From Geosiphon pyriformis uo1 (lineage: Eukaryota; Fungi; Glomeromycota): a stretch of 64,000 bases of DNA. Positions 48,389 through 62,600 of this stretch are shown here, one piece after another (within the stretch, counting starts at the first letter, position 1; each line of letters starts with the position of its first letter). Below the pieces are notes generated by a model. That model made no database searches. It saw nothing but the letters and a program-made list of their open reading frames with translations, and was not told the DNA's origin. Where the stretch lies: positions 124,001-188,000 of the forward strand of contig JAAOMT010000301.1 of NCBI GenBank assembly GCA_016748015.1, in the 5' to 3' direction. A program made the position numbers and the translations under genes.

Positions 48389-49626
48389 TCACTCGATTTC
48401 TTCTGGTTGAAATCTCAACCATTCAAATTTAAATCCTTCCGTTTCTAATTTAAACTGAACATTTAAGTAATAATCCTTGATCTCCTCATTCCTTCCTGCC
48501 CAAAGTCCGACCACGGCCCCACCCGAACCTGTTAACTTGGCAGCATATCCATGTTTGCGGGCAATATCAATCATCCGCAAGTTCCCCGGCCCAATCATTT
48601 CATCCCCATATATTTCTCGACGCAAATTAAAATTTTCATTCATGAGCTGGGCAAACTCTGACCGACAAGTTTTCCCCGCTCCATTTAGCAAAATCCTACG
48701 ACCTTTCTCAGCAATCTCTTTAAAAGATGTGATTGCATTGACAATCTATTGAGCTATAATAATAAATATTTGAATAAATTTAATTGAACAACTTTGTCTA
48801 AAATACCTTTTTTTCACCTGCTTCCCATCTTTTGTAAACATCACTATGAATTTTACCTTGTAAAATGGAAATAATTTTTCGCGATATAAATTTTTGATGA
48901 ATACCTATTCTTGGAAAATTCAAAAGACTTACTAGAATTGCTGGGCTGAGATTCGTATGCTATCCAAAGACCTTGGGGAAGATTTTCCAGGGGAATTCTT
49001 TCATACTTACCGATCCCATATTTTTGTAAATGAATTTTCTCGAAATCCATAAAAACCAACCCACCATAAGCCTGTATAACACGGTCTTGCAATCCAGCAA
49101 CAATTCCTAACTCATTCTTTTCGACGGATAGTACTAATGAAGCTTGTAATGCCAAGCTAATTTGGTTTCGGTTGATTCCATAATGACTCATCAAAGCCTT
49201 CCAAAATGCACTAATGATGGCAGATGATCCCGCTAACCCTACTTGTTGAGGTATATTGGTGTCAAAAAAAGCAGAAAATCCTTGATGATGCAGAAGAATC
49301 TCATGTTCCAGGCAATATCTGAAAAAAACTTTGCAAGTGGCCCAAAGTAAAGATTCTCCATCACTTTGTTCCTTCTTTTGATTATATGTGGTTGTTGCCA
49401 GTGATTGGAAACTTAAATATGTGATTTGATCTGAAGTAGGCGATTTTAAGTGAATAGCCTGATATTCTTGGCTTAAACTATATTTATTAGGGATCAAATG
49501 TAACTCTGCAAAGAAATTAGAAATCAACACTGAAAGAGTTTTGCCCTGAAAACCATCTGATGGATTCCCCAGCAGCCCAACTCGCGCGTAGGCCCTGGTA
49601 AGAATTGATTCTTGAAGATGAGGCAT
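48389..49626 (-). CDS. Glucuronokinase-like GHMP kinase, 3 exons
   Basis: AYARVGLLGNPSDGF, TNIPQQVGLAGSSA, ELGIVAGLQDRVIQAYGGLVFMDF, KIHSDV..W, NFNLRR..GD, AAKLTGSGGA. Confidence 0.9.
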
Positions 49627-50790
49627 GAAAGAGCATCTTGCACAAGCATTTACAAGCTGGAATCAAAATAGAGCAATAGCAAAAAAGCACTACGATATCA
49701 TTTATGCCAACGCACCGAAACTTTACTCTGTTCAAGGTTTTCGGCTTTGTTTAAAAAAAAATTTCGATCAACATAACACAAAATCATTCGACATCTTACG
49801 TCATTGAATTAAGAAAAGAAAGATCGTCGATGAAATACCGTCCTTTTTTCTACCATTTTTTTTACAGATTTTTGTTTTTTGAACAAAAAATATTGGATTA
49901 TTTATCATTGTAAGTAATTGAAACTTAAGACTTTATTAAAACAAATAAATTTGTGAAATGGTTTGTTTGATTTTTTTTTTCGATAAAGTGAATGCATGTA
50001 ATTTCAACAATTCATAAATAAATTTAGCATATTGGTTTTAAAAGTAATATTATATTAGTTTGATAAAATATTTATAATACTTTATATAAAATTAAATAAT
50101 TAATTATTATTTTCAATAGTTTTATAAATTATTATATTAATTTTATTGACATATATGCACATGTGGCAATATGTTTAAAAATAATTTAAATAATATGTAA
50201 TATTGTTTTGACTGGTTTAAATAACTGGCTATGTATGAACAAAACATGAACTGTGTTTATTGTTAGTTTTATACTTTATAAAAAAACAAGTTTAATTGTT
50301 AGCTTAAAATTTTAAAAAAATATAATTTTTATTATTACATAAATAAAAGTTAATAATTGTTAATTAATTTGGTTTTTTAAATTATTAATTAATATACATA
50401 ACTGTTTTTATTAATTTTTTAAAGTTTTAAAAATTTTGGTATTATTAAAATTATTAATAATAGTAATTATTTTTTGACTATTTTAAAAGCTGTAATAAAA
50501 GTACAAAATTTGCCAAAAAGAAATTTAATGCAGATTTGTTGTTAAAATTTTAAAACTTTGTTAATAATAAAAACAATGTTAAAACTGTTTTTAATGTATT
50601 TTTTTAAAACAAAACTTTTAATTAAAAAATTATTTAAATTTGTATTATTTAAAATAATTTTTTCTACTTAAAATACATTAGTTAATATAAACAAAAGATA
50701 AAATTTTATTTATTAATTTATTACAAAAATTAATTAAATTTGTTTATTTCTTTTGTCTTTTTGGTTAATATTGAAATTAAGGACCTTAAA

Positions 50791-50796
50791 ACGCGT
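50791..50796. promoter_or_regulatory. MCB-like ACGCGT ~100 bp upstream of MRE11
   Basis: Exact ACGCGT; this motif is typical of G1/S DNA-repair gene promoters in yeasts. Confidence 0.4.
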
Positions 50797-50891
50797 ATGA
50801 CCACCGCTGATCAACTTGACTTCCTATCGAAGGTCGAACACTAAGCTTAGAATCGCTCCTAATTTACTTAAGGCTGCCCAACTTTCTGCTA

Positions 50892-53800
50892 ATGGCACAA
50901 GACGAACAAAAGTTCGTAAAAACGTCCTTCAAAGTCCGAAAACTCATTTTTGGGTAAAGGAGCTTTTGATAACTTTATGTTACTACTACCAGTGGTTCAA
51001 CAAATTTAGCCAATGAGGTAGCAAATTCAATATCAATACTGATTGCTACTGACAACCACCTCGGCTACCTAGAGAGGGACCCAATACGTGGGCAAGATTC
51101 CCTTCGAGCCTTTGAAGAAATATTAAAACTGGCCAAAGAAAACAAGGTATACTTTCACAAATTAAATTCAGTTTTCCAAGAGCCACGATAACAATTGTTC
51201 TCGGCTTTCCTTTTGTATTCTTTCAGGTTGACATGATACTTTTAGGCGGAGATCTCTTTCATGAAAACAAACCTTCTCGTAAAATCCTTTATGAAACCAT
51301 TAGATTGCTTCGATTATATTGCATGGGCGACACTCAATGTCAATTAGTGTATCTAAGCGATCAGTCGGTCAATTTTCCAGACTGGTAGATAACTAAATCA
51401 TTACTAGCCTGTTCACTTTAGCTATTATGTACTGTCTTTTGAAAATCTCCTTATACACCCCAAGTTTTTCTACAGTGAATTATCAAGATCCGAATTTCAA
51501 CGTATCTATCCCAGTTTTTTCTATTCATGGCAACCATGATGATCCAGCCGGGGTGAGCTTCATATTCAAAATTGATTTTAAGCTGTTTACTGGGCTAATA
51601 CTAAATAAATTTAAAGTTTGGAAGTCTTGCAGCATTAGATATTCTCGCCGTCTCAGGATATGTGAATTACTTTGGCCGTCCTCAACAGGTCGACAATATC
51701 GAAATAAATCCAATATTGCTAGAAAAAGGGACCACAAAACTCGCAATCTATGGAATTGGTCATGTGCGAGAAGAACGTTTGCACCGATCCTTGCGCAATG
51801 AGCAAGTTAGAATGATGCGTCCTCATAACAATCCCGATGAATGGTTTAATCTAATGGTTCTACATCAAAATAGGTATCCAAAATCTGAAACTTTTTATCA
51901 TAATTGGCTTTTTCTATTGGAATGGATCATTTTATCCTATATATAATAGGGCAGCCCATGGTCCTACAAGTTATATACCTGAGAATTTTCTAGACAAATT
52001 TCTGCACTTGGTACTTTGGGGGCATGAACATGAATGTTTAATAGACCCAGTATACAATTCCGAACAAGGTTTTTACATAACCCAACCTGGATCTTCTGTC
52101 GCTACGAGTCTAGTCGATGGTGAAGCTAAACCAAAGTAAATGAATCTTTTAGTTTGTAATTTTCACCTAGCCAAACATTTACAAATACCAATATTAACAC
52201 TTATTTCAGGCATGTGGCCATTTTGAGAGTTAAGGGTAAAGATTATAAACTCGAAAAAATTCGCCTACAAAGTGTGCGTCCATTTGTAGTGGACGAGGTG
52301 GATCTATCTTCTATAAGCCAAAGTGATCTTATACTTAATGACTCCAAAAAAGTTCAAAAGTATTTGACAAATAAGGTGAGCTAAATAATTCTAATGTGTT
52401 TCGTAGAGTGAATGAAATTCACATGTAACAGGATTATGTCTTTTTTAGGTAAATGATTTGATTGAGAAAGCTACAAGTGAAGGAAAATCTTTGAACAGCC
52501 TGAATGATTCCACAACATCCTTACCCTTGATCAGACTAAAGGTGAAGTATTTCTTAAGCAGGATTTCCCAATTATCAATTAGCGTTCACATTATATCTCA
52601 TTCGGTTAGGTTGTCTACGATGATCGATTCTCCGTATTTAATGCCCGAATTTTCGGTGATCAATTCACCGAGCGTGTGGCCAACCCTCGGGAAATTTTAT
52701 ATTTCTATCGCAAGAGGGCCCCTAAAGGTTTTGTTCTTAAGATATGGAGTAGTTTTAAATTCATATAATCCTTATTGGACTAATGAGTCTGAAATTTCAG
52801 GAAAGGCAAAAGACTTAGTTGATGACTTTAATGATCTTACAGTTGAAGATTATGATAATTTCACCCCTAGTATGGTCGAAGATTTTATTAACGATTCTTT
52901 AAAAGAGCTCAAACTTTTACCAGAAAATGAATTTAATTCCGCTGTCAGTCAGTTCGTGGATAAAGAAGATGTCGAAGCCATTGAAGAGTTAGTATATTTT
53001 TGTTTAATTCTCAGTCAACCTCCTTGATACCTGCTTACTTTTTACCGGCTTTACATTAAAGATTCTTTAAAGATACCGTTCAACGTGCGAGAAATCAACT
53101 TTTCAGTCGACAAATTGAGGATGAAAGTAGGATTCAGGAGGAGGTGATATTTATATTCCCAAAAAGTTTTACATTCATTATTTCGATATTTTCACAAACC
53201 ATTAACAATACTTTGTTAACATGAAGGCTCTCCGAGAAAAACAAATTCGTCGCGAGCAATTTAATAGTGAATCCCAAAACAAAGGTTTATCATTCACAAG
53301 AGTAAGCATAACTCTTTTCTTCTAGGTATTAGCTGAATAATTTTCAATCATCCATCCATATCAATATAATTCAGCCGAAGGCACGTGAAAACGATAATGA
53401 GACGATGGAACTTGACGATGGAAAGGATGATCAATACCCCACAACATCAGAACCTACCAGCTCCACACCTAGTCGATTCGAGCGACAAAAGCCAATCAAA
53501 AGGGGTTCACGCATCAGGGGTGCCGGAAGAGGAGCAAGAGGTGGGAAGACAAGATCCCGTAAAACACAGGTTACTATCTAAGCTAAAGCATCGATAAATT
53601 CTGTGACTTATTATTGCTTATAAAATTATTATTTTAATATAGGAATATGATGAATTTGATGATGAATTAGAAGCGAGAGAATTAGAAGACGTCGGGAGGA
53701 TGCTTGACGAGATAACGACAAGCGACAAGCCTAAAAGAGGACGAGCAAAGGCCCCCGTCAGAGCAACCAGGACCTCCTTGCGTTCCAAGCCCCCCGTTGA

Positions 53801-54513
53801 TTATGTTCTTATTTTCTTTTTTATTTACAAACCACTTAATAACGCGAGCTAACCACTTGATTATTTAGCAAGAGAAAGACGAAGATGGTGATAATCATAG
53901 TCAACTTTCTCAAAAAACTCCAATTCAGCGAGGAAAAACCAAAAAATTGGCTCAATACAATCTAGAGGTAACATTGTTTTTATCACCTTGAAAGGAACCT
54001 CCTTCCGACTTGATTCAAGATTAAATAAATAATAAAGGATGCTGAGGATTACGAGGAAGATACTCCATTCCTTGGAAACACCAGCGAAGATAATTTGCCT
54101 TCAGCCAACGTGGGGGAAAAACGCAAGGCCTCAGGGTAAAAAATTAGTTTTGTAAGTTATTTAGGATGGCAATTATTAAAATATTCTCTATTTAATAGAA
54201 ATCCGGTGCCTCCTCCTTTGGCCCCCAAAAAATCTACAACCACACGTTCTAATAAATCCGCATCATCTTCGAAGCCAGACCTCTCTACGAGTTCATCAAC
54301 ATCAACAATTCGGAAAACGAGAACAAAAGTTACGGTAATGTGAAAATTTTAAAACATCAAAGTTATACCAAGATGAAAACATTAACTTTTTCCTTTCAGA
54401 TTAAAGAGGAAGAATTAGATGTAAGTAAAATACATCCATTTACGTTTGTGCAAACATGAACTTACCTATTGACTGTAAAATATTTATTTTAGGATTACTT
54501 TGGCGATACATAA
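50892..54513 (+). CDS. MRE11: Double-strand break repair nuclease Mre11, multi-exon
   Basis: [53 protein letters not shown]; RG-rich tail. Terminal exons are less certain. Confidence 0.97.
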
Positions 54514-54595
54514 AAATTGTCGATTTAAACAGAAGAATTTGTCCGAATAATTCCCTTAAATTGTATGCAAGATTTTTAATTCAAAATTTTAATCT

Positions 54596-55637
54596 TTACA
54601 TTTTAATGATTGCGTCAATAACGTCTTGCATCTCCTCCACTGGTATTTGCGACGCAAGATCTACAGCCTACAAATCGATAAAATTAATTCCAGATCAAGT
54701 TGTAAAAGCAAGCCGACTGCAAATTTTCAATACCTTTTTGAATTCGCTCGTTATCTCCCGAGTGGTTTTTGATAAGGCTTCCAACCTGCTTTTGTTTATA
54801 GCGAGTTCAGCCATATATGAATTATTTTCCCTTTGAATCTTCAATTTTTTTTAAAAATTAAGACCTGCTACTGTGTGCATATGAAAGAGGGAAGAGGAAT
54901 CTGAGGGTACCTTCATAAATTCTTCTTTCAAGCATCTTAATTCTTCTTCTTTGATTGGTACTGTTTTCGCTCTGAGGATTGTTGCGGGATTAATATAGCT
55001 GAAAATTTTTAATGTGGTTGGGGAATACGGTAATTTTGAGTGAGAAATTATAAATTCAAAGCTTTGAACAATTCCGTTGAACTCACTGTATTTGTTCAAC
55101 AGTCTGCATGCCAATCTCATTGCGTTTTTTTGAGGCATTTATCAATTCGTCGAATTCATTTAGCTTTTCTAATACATGTCGTTTTTTCAAAATGTTCGAG
55201 AATTCTTCCTTTGGAAAAAGGCGAATAACAGGATATTCATCACTAAATTTTATTTACAGAATTTAACAAAAGCTAAACATTCAACTCCACAAATTGAGTG
55301 AAAAATAATATTAACCTCGCAACTAGATCGCAAAAATCTCGTCATTTGCTCATGCGCACTCTTTAGAGCATCAGAGTGATTTTCCGCAAGTTTGGGAAAA
55401 CATTGAGATACCTTTTCAAAACTTCAAAATAGTAATTACAAAGTGAGAAAGGCTAAAGCATGGGCAATAGGGTCATAGCATCTAAAAACTACTCCACCTG
55501 TAAGATAACAACGTCTCAGAAAGAGATTTTTGCAAAATCTGTTTTAATTTTTGGGCACGAGGTCCATTCGGGTGAATGTGTTGGCGTTGTTCCGGTTGAG
55601 TTGATAGTGCACTAGTCGAAGAGCCTTCCTCAAACAT
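54596..55637 (-). CDS. NNF1: Kinetochore MIS12/MIND subunit Nnf1 (PMF1), ~6 exons
   Basis: Hand-spliced: MFEEG..RAQKLKQILQKSL..S|FEKVSQCFPKLA..LKSAHEQM..|EEFSNILKKRHVLEKLNEFDELI..|PATILRA..|IQRENN..; ~190-aa coiled-coil protein matching the Nnf1 pattern. Confidence 0.8.
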
Positions 55638-55692
55638 TTTTACCAAGAAATATTTATTGTCAATCTTTTTCTAGCAGCAAAGTCTTCTTTCA

Positions 55693-55704
55693 TCGCGTGA
55701 CGTC
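55693..55704 (-). promoter_or_regulatory. ACGCGA (MCB-like) overlapping a TGACGTCA (CRE) palindrome upstream of NNF1
   Basis: Sequence TCGCGTGACGTCA ~60 bp upstream of the ATG. Confidence 0.35.
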
Positions 55705-57356
55705 AACACAAAAAACAAGCAAATTTTATTATTAAAAAATAAAGCAAATCTTTTCATTAAATTTTGTTTTTTATTTATTGTTTTAGAATATAACATTTAA
55801 ATTGCTCTTAAATTATTTATTTTATAATGTGTATAATAAATAATTGTTATTTAAATTTATGAATAATTATATTTAAATAAAATTATAATTATAATTAATT
55901 CTATAATATTTTTATAATAACTACAATTTTAAGATTTTTTATAATTATTAAAATTAAAATTTTAACTTTTTTTTTAGGCCTATTTACTATTTAGTACAAT
56001 ACAATGATAATATATTCTAAATTAGATGTAAAACATATACTTGTTACATATAACCAACTACTCAAATTAGTTAAAACAATATTATAAATTTATTAAAACT
56101 CTTATGCTATTATTTATATTAAAATAAAACAAACACAATAAATACATGCCAAAATTAAATTCATGTATTTTATAGATACTAAACATATAAATTATTTTAT
56201 TTAACAACATAATAGTTAAATTAATAACCAAAAAAAACAGAATTATTTAATACCAAACCACTATTTTTTTAAAAATTATTCTATGTTTAAATTTAATTAA
56301 CTATATATTATTACAATAATCAAACATTATATTACAAAAAAAATTAATTATTTTAATTATAATTACTTTATTGTTATTAAAAATTAAATATATCTTAATT
56401 AATTTATTTTTAAAAATTATTTTTTTTACAAAAAACTATATATAATATATTATTATAAATATTAAATAATAATAAGTTTAATATATTAAATATAAAGTTT
56501 TTAGTTTTAAACAAAAATTTTTACATAATTTAACAAGTTTATACAGATAATCAAATTAAATTTATATGTAAAAATATAATTTAAAAGCATATATATATAT
56601 ATTAGAATATGTTTTATTATAAAGTTTTTTCTTATTACAACTAATAATTTTCTGTGTATTGCTTTTATAATATAAAATTTTAAATTAGTTAATAATTTAT
56701 TAATATATTTAACAATTATATATAAATTTTAATATTATATTTACAAAGTACAAATTGTTATTAATAACATAAAATTTAGAATTAATTTTTTAATAAATAT
56801 AAATATATTACATATAAAATAATAAATATTTTCAAAAACAAGTGTATTATTAACCAAAATAATTTTTTTTTATATAAATCAGTAAAACAAAAATAGAAAA
56901 AGCAGTTATATTAGTTATAATATTAGTATAATTTTTAAATAAACTTAGATAGTCTTTAATTTTAAATTAAACAATATTTAATTTCTTTTTGCAAATAATA
57001 TTTTTTATTTAATATTTTTTAATTCAACAATAATTATAAAAATTTAATTAATCTAATTTTATTTTAGATTTACAATATTCAAAACAGCTTAATTATTAAA
57101 ATAAATAATTATAAAACTTAAAAAAAATATTTTTTAATATTAATATAATTATCTAAAATTTAGTCAATATAAATAATAGCATATCTAAAACTTAGATTTA
57201 AACTTAAAAAAATACAGCTGTTTTATTAATAAATATTTTTACAATATTTATTTTTATATTTTTTAGTCTAAATTAATAATATTAAAATTAACTATTTTAT
57301 AAATATTCACAAAATAAAAATTATAAATTTACAAAACAAATGCATTAGTTTGAATT

Positions 57357-59230
57357 TTATTATTATTATTTTTTTCTATTTAATAAGTGAAACTCAAATA
57401 TTATTTAGCACAATATATCAAACTAAGTAATCTAAACTAGATACAAATCATGTATTTTTTATATACAACCAGTTACTTAGGCCAATCAAAGCAATACTAT
57501 GAATCTATTTTAACAGATACTATACTATTAGTATTAGAAAAAAACTGTAAAGTTTATAAAAACCAAAACTAATATTATGTGTCTCTATAATTTCAAGCAA
57601 CTTAATAATACTATCAAAAAACAAGAATAAAAAACCACAAATCTTGAGAGACATTAAACTATTATATATAATCAAACTTTTTTTCTCTATTATTGCTCTA
57701 TATTTAGTTTTTACTATTTATATTTTAATATAATAGGCCATTTCTAAGCTCTGTACTAAATTAACAATCTTTTTATTAACAATCTTGACATTATCAAAAA
57801 TAAATGCAGTCTCTGAACATTATTTCTTAAACACAAAACTTTTACATAAAGTAGTATATACAGTATTATTGGAATTATACAAAGAAAACATCTGCAAAAC
57901 ATAAGACAATAATAAACTCAAACCCAATACAGCACCCTACTAAACCAAACATAACTTAAACAAATTAGTATAAACAGCAAAGTCTATCAAACACACAAAA
58001 AAACGATCAAAAGTCTCTACTTTTTCACAATAAAAGCACAATATACTAGAATATTTTCTATTATACAAATATTATTACTCATAGAAATTAAGAATTATAA
58101 TAATACAAATTTTTTTACCAGTCTTTTTTAATAAAGCACCTAGATTATAAACAGTTATTCTTACTAACAAAGTAAATAAAAGTGCTTTGAACTGATTTTT
58201 TAATATCTAAATATCATGATTTTTCATGGTTTTAGCTATGTATATTGAATCTTTTTCAATTAAAAATGACTACTTTGCTACTAATTAATTTGTTTAAACC
58301 AATTTGGCAAATTCTATTACAGTTTTCTGTTATAGTTTACTTAATTGTAAACAGATTAATATTACTTAACCAAACTCAAAAAGAGCTATAATAATTATTT
58401 TTTTTGGCATATTTATGGAAATTTTCTTAATAATTATGGCCTAATCTAAACAAATTTCTTGTTATTTAACATTATTGTTTACAATAGTTTCTTTTTTTTT
58501 GGCCAATAATATAGCTTTTTTTATGTTTTCTTCTGATGTAAACATAAATCAGATAAATTTTTCGAATTTTAAGAAAATAATAGCCTCTTCAAAACTATTG
58601 ATTGTTGAGAAAAAGTTTTAATTACTTAGGTTTTTGCTGTTGTTAACTTTTTTTTTACTGTTAAAAAATTAATATTTAAAGCAAAAAATTTTCTGACAGC
58701 TATTTTTATTTGAGTTTTTACAATTTTAGAATCAATCTATCTTCTGTTCAAAAATATTTTAAGAAAAAAAGAAAGAAAACTTTCATTTTCATTTATGCCA
58801 AAATTAATTGTACTAATAAAAGAGTTATATTCCAAATCAATACTAATATTTTTAATCTTAAAAGTTATTGTTGTTAAACTAAAAAAATTATTACTATTAC
58901 TACTTACTAAAAAGTTATTATTTTTACTATTACCAAATTTACTATCTATGTCCGAATATATATTACTACCAGAACCAGATGCTCAAAGAAATATCTTTTT
59001 TATTACCAAAATACTTAATATTGCTTATAGAAATTTTTTTTTGAGAGAAAAAACTCCTAATTGTTTTATAAAAAGCATGTTTAAATGTCTTTTTTTTAGA
59101 CATATTATTATTAAAAATAGTCATTAAGTCTATTACAAAAGAATTATTAGTTTGTAAAATATTGAAGATTATAATACTAAAAAAAAACAGTAAAAAACAA
59201 AAAACTTCTTTTTCAAAAATTGTCTTTTGG
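57357..59230 (-). mobile_element. Internally deleted LINE: ORF1 N-half joined to ORF2 C-terminus + 3' UTR + TAA tail
   Basis: 59230-58080 aligns (revcomp) with copy-1 ORF1 up to ~4550; 58075-57500 reads KYLYNRKYSSILCFYC (ORF2 end); 3' UTR ~57380-57500. Confidence 0.7.
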
Positions 59231-59629
59231 AGAATTTTAGATATAAAAGAAAAAAAAGTTTTTTAATATTTATTATAATATTGTTGTTTTTAGCCAAATT
59301 TAATATCTTTAATATAATTTTTTTTAATATAAAAATAATACAGATAATTTTATTAAATTTTAAAAAAATAAAAGCTTTCTTAAAATTATTTATATTTAAA
59401 AATAATTTTCTAATTAACTTTAATTTGTTTTAAATAAAATTATTTATTATTATAAAAAAATTAATATTTAAAGCAAATAATTTTTTGACTAATATATTTA
59501 TATTAATTTTTTTTTAAAAAAAAAGTATTATATTTTTATTTATATATAAATTCAAAAAACTAAAAAAAAAGTTATTTATGTATTTGTATTAATTCTTTTT
59601 ATTTTAAAAGTATTTAAAGTAAAAAAAAA

Positions 59630-62600
59630 AGTTTTCTTCTTTCTTTCGTTCATCCCAAATTCCCAAAAAAAGAGTCAAAAGTTTTTTGAAAGAAGTCTTT
59701 TTCATTATTCAGTATGATAAAACCAAACCATTTTTTGATTTCGAGGCCACTGTTGGTCCTAATATAGCTGTCATAAAGAAGGTTGCTAAAGAATCTGGTG
59801 CTGATAAAGATTTCAAGCCTGTTTTGTCTAGGAAAAAGAAAAAAGGTATTACTTTAGAAGAAAGTATTAGTGAAGAAAAAATGCCAACTGAAGTGCCAAG
59901 TGGTTGTTCATAAGGTTCTAAGACTGGTGACACCACTGAGTCTGAAAGCATTAATATGGAGAAAAAATGTCTGGTAGAAGAAACTAGCTTTGACTATGGT
60001 GAAAATAGAAATATTGTTAATGAAGATTATGATCAGATGCCTAAAGAGCCAGGTGTTAAGACTAAGAAAATGTTGGGCAAGCCATTAGAGAAGATAGATT
60101 TTTTGGGTCATAACAATGATGATAATGCTCTCTTAAATGTCCCCTTGGAACTTTCTCCTCCATTGAAGAATTTGGTTACTGTTTTTGTTCGAAAATCTTT
60201 TACTATGGATATTAAACTTGATAAGATGGCTGAGAAATCTTCTCAGAAAAAGCTGGTAGTAGTCAGAAAGTTATTCTCAAAAGTCAATGGTTTTGGAGGG
60301 GGGGGCCTCTACTCCTTCAAAATTTTCTGGGATCATCCATGTTTCCTTCACTTCTAAAGCTAGTTTAACACAGGTGACAGAAAAGGCAAGAGCAGCAGAT
60401 ATTTTAGTAAACACCAATCTCAAAAAATCAACTGGTCATTTAGATTAGGCTGTGGTAGTAAAGAAAATTCCAGTTGAAACATTAGCTGAGACTGTGTGTG
60501 CTGCGCTTTCTGAATTTGGTTCTATTGTGTTGATTAAGATGCAATTGGTAAGGCTATGACAGAAGGCTGTGGTTGAATTTGCCCAATTAAATCAGGCTGA
60601 TTTGGTCGCAGCTAGATGGTCTATCTTGATCAGGAAAAATGCCATGAGAGTGGCCAAGACTAATGCAGACAAGAAATCATGGAATACAAGAGATCAGCAT
60701 AAGGCTTTACTCTATATACTGCCAATAGACACAAATGTTCATGATATCTGAGATTTCATTAATTCTGTGGGTAAAAAAACATGTGTTATCGATTGACACC
60801 CTGTTATATATGCTCAGGTCAGATGTGCTGTTGTTTGTTTTAACTCTGCTGCTTCAATTAATGTTATCATAGAAACTACTCCTGTCTTAAAAGATGCCAA
60901 TTTGCATTGGTCCTACATGAATTTTGTTAAGTGTACTAAGTATGAGAATTTAGGTCATACATCTCTGAGTTGTTCTATGGGTGGGAAGACTTCTCCTAGT
61001 GGACCAACTCACAGAATATTGTCAAATGATGATAAAAACAGACTGGCTTTTATTTATGCTAGACACTCTGCCCCAATCTCCTGTTTTGTTTCTTTTGGTG
61101 GTGTCTTATGGGCCAATATTGTTGGTGGGTCTTTATTTCCTTCTCTTCTTATATGCAATGTCTCAACTTCTTCTGGTTTCTCTTCAGAGATAAAACCTAC
61201 CCCAATAATGTCTATGAAATTGAATAATAGGTTTGCTGCTTTTAAGTGTAGTTTTACCAGCCTTGTGGAATATATTGACAAGTTGGCTAAAAGGTTGGAT
61301 TCACCTGGGCCAATGGTTTCCCAGCCTAGCCCTGGATGTCAACTGTTGGTAATCTTTTTATCACAGAATCAAAAGGTGGATATAGTGATGAGTGAAGATT
61401 CAGATGTGACCACTGGTGGTGAGATTATTGCAGGAGTGGTGGTTTTTGGCTTTTTAGTTATCTCTAAAATGGAAGAAACTTTGAACAATCTTTTAATCAT
61501 GGTTATGGGCCTCTCGGCCAAAATTGACAATGCTAGTTTGGTTTCTGCTGTTCATTCTTCTCAATGATGAATCTGGTTTGGAAATTTGCAACATGCAATG
61601 TTCATAGTATCAATGTCTCTGCCAAACAAGAAGATATTATTTGTTGACATGTAGATTCTGGAAATATGGTTTCTATTATTATAGAAACAAAGTTGAGGTC
61701 TAATATTAGGCCTTGAATTATGAACAAATTTGATGGGGTAAGAATATTTTCTTTTGATTTGGACAGAGGATTTCTTGGTACTGGGATGGCAATCATTATG
61801 AACAACTCTCTTGCATGTCATGTTTCTAAAATTGAGGAGATTTCTGGTTATCTTGTTTTTGTTTGGCTTTTTTTTAAGGGCAAGTTGTCAGTAGTGATTT
61901 TGGGCCTATACACAGATGCTTCTGCTAAGACCAAATTTGGCCAAGCTTACAAAATCAACTCCATTATTGCTAAAACTACTAATTCTTCCACATTCATGAT
62001 TTTAGGTGGTGATTTCAATGAGGATGGTTTCAGGAAGAGTGCTAGTTTTAAGTTTTGTTCAGATTTGGGGTTGGTCAACTCTTTTAGCAAATACTCTCTG
62101 GTCAAAGCTTCCACTTGGGGCAATTCCTGGGGTGTCATGAAGATTATCGACTACATTTTTGTGAGCAGAAATTTGTCATCTATATTGGCTGGTTATGAAG
62201 TTGCTTCTGTCTCTGACTTCTTTAACACTGATTATAATGCTGTTCTGGTTTCAGTTGGTTTGGATGGTTTCTTGGATGTCCAGCTCAATAATGAGTGTAA
62301 GCAGGCCAATAAAAATAAGTGGAAATTCAAAATCAAGGATGTAGATGCTAATAAGTGGACACACTTTAGGGAACATTCATTAAGCAAGTTCCTGGAGTAT
62401 ATAGATATGTTTAATGCTGTAAAAGATACTAAAAATTTGGATACTATGTGGGAAATTTTTAGGGAAGTGGTTATAAGCTCAACTGATAATGTGTTTTCTA
62501 GACACTAGTTTAGCAAGTTTAATTGTCAGAAAAATAAGCTGTTTTCAAAATTCTTTAAGCTGGAATTGTTGGTGGCCAAGTTGGTAAAGTATTTAAGCTC

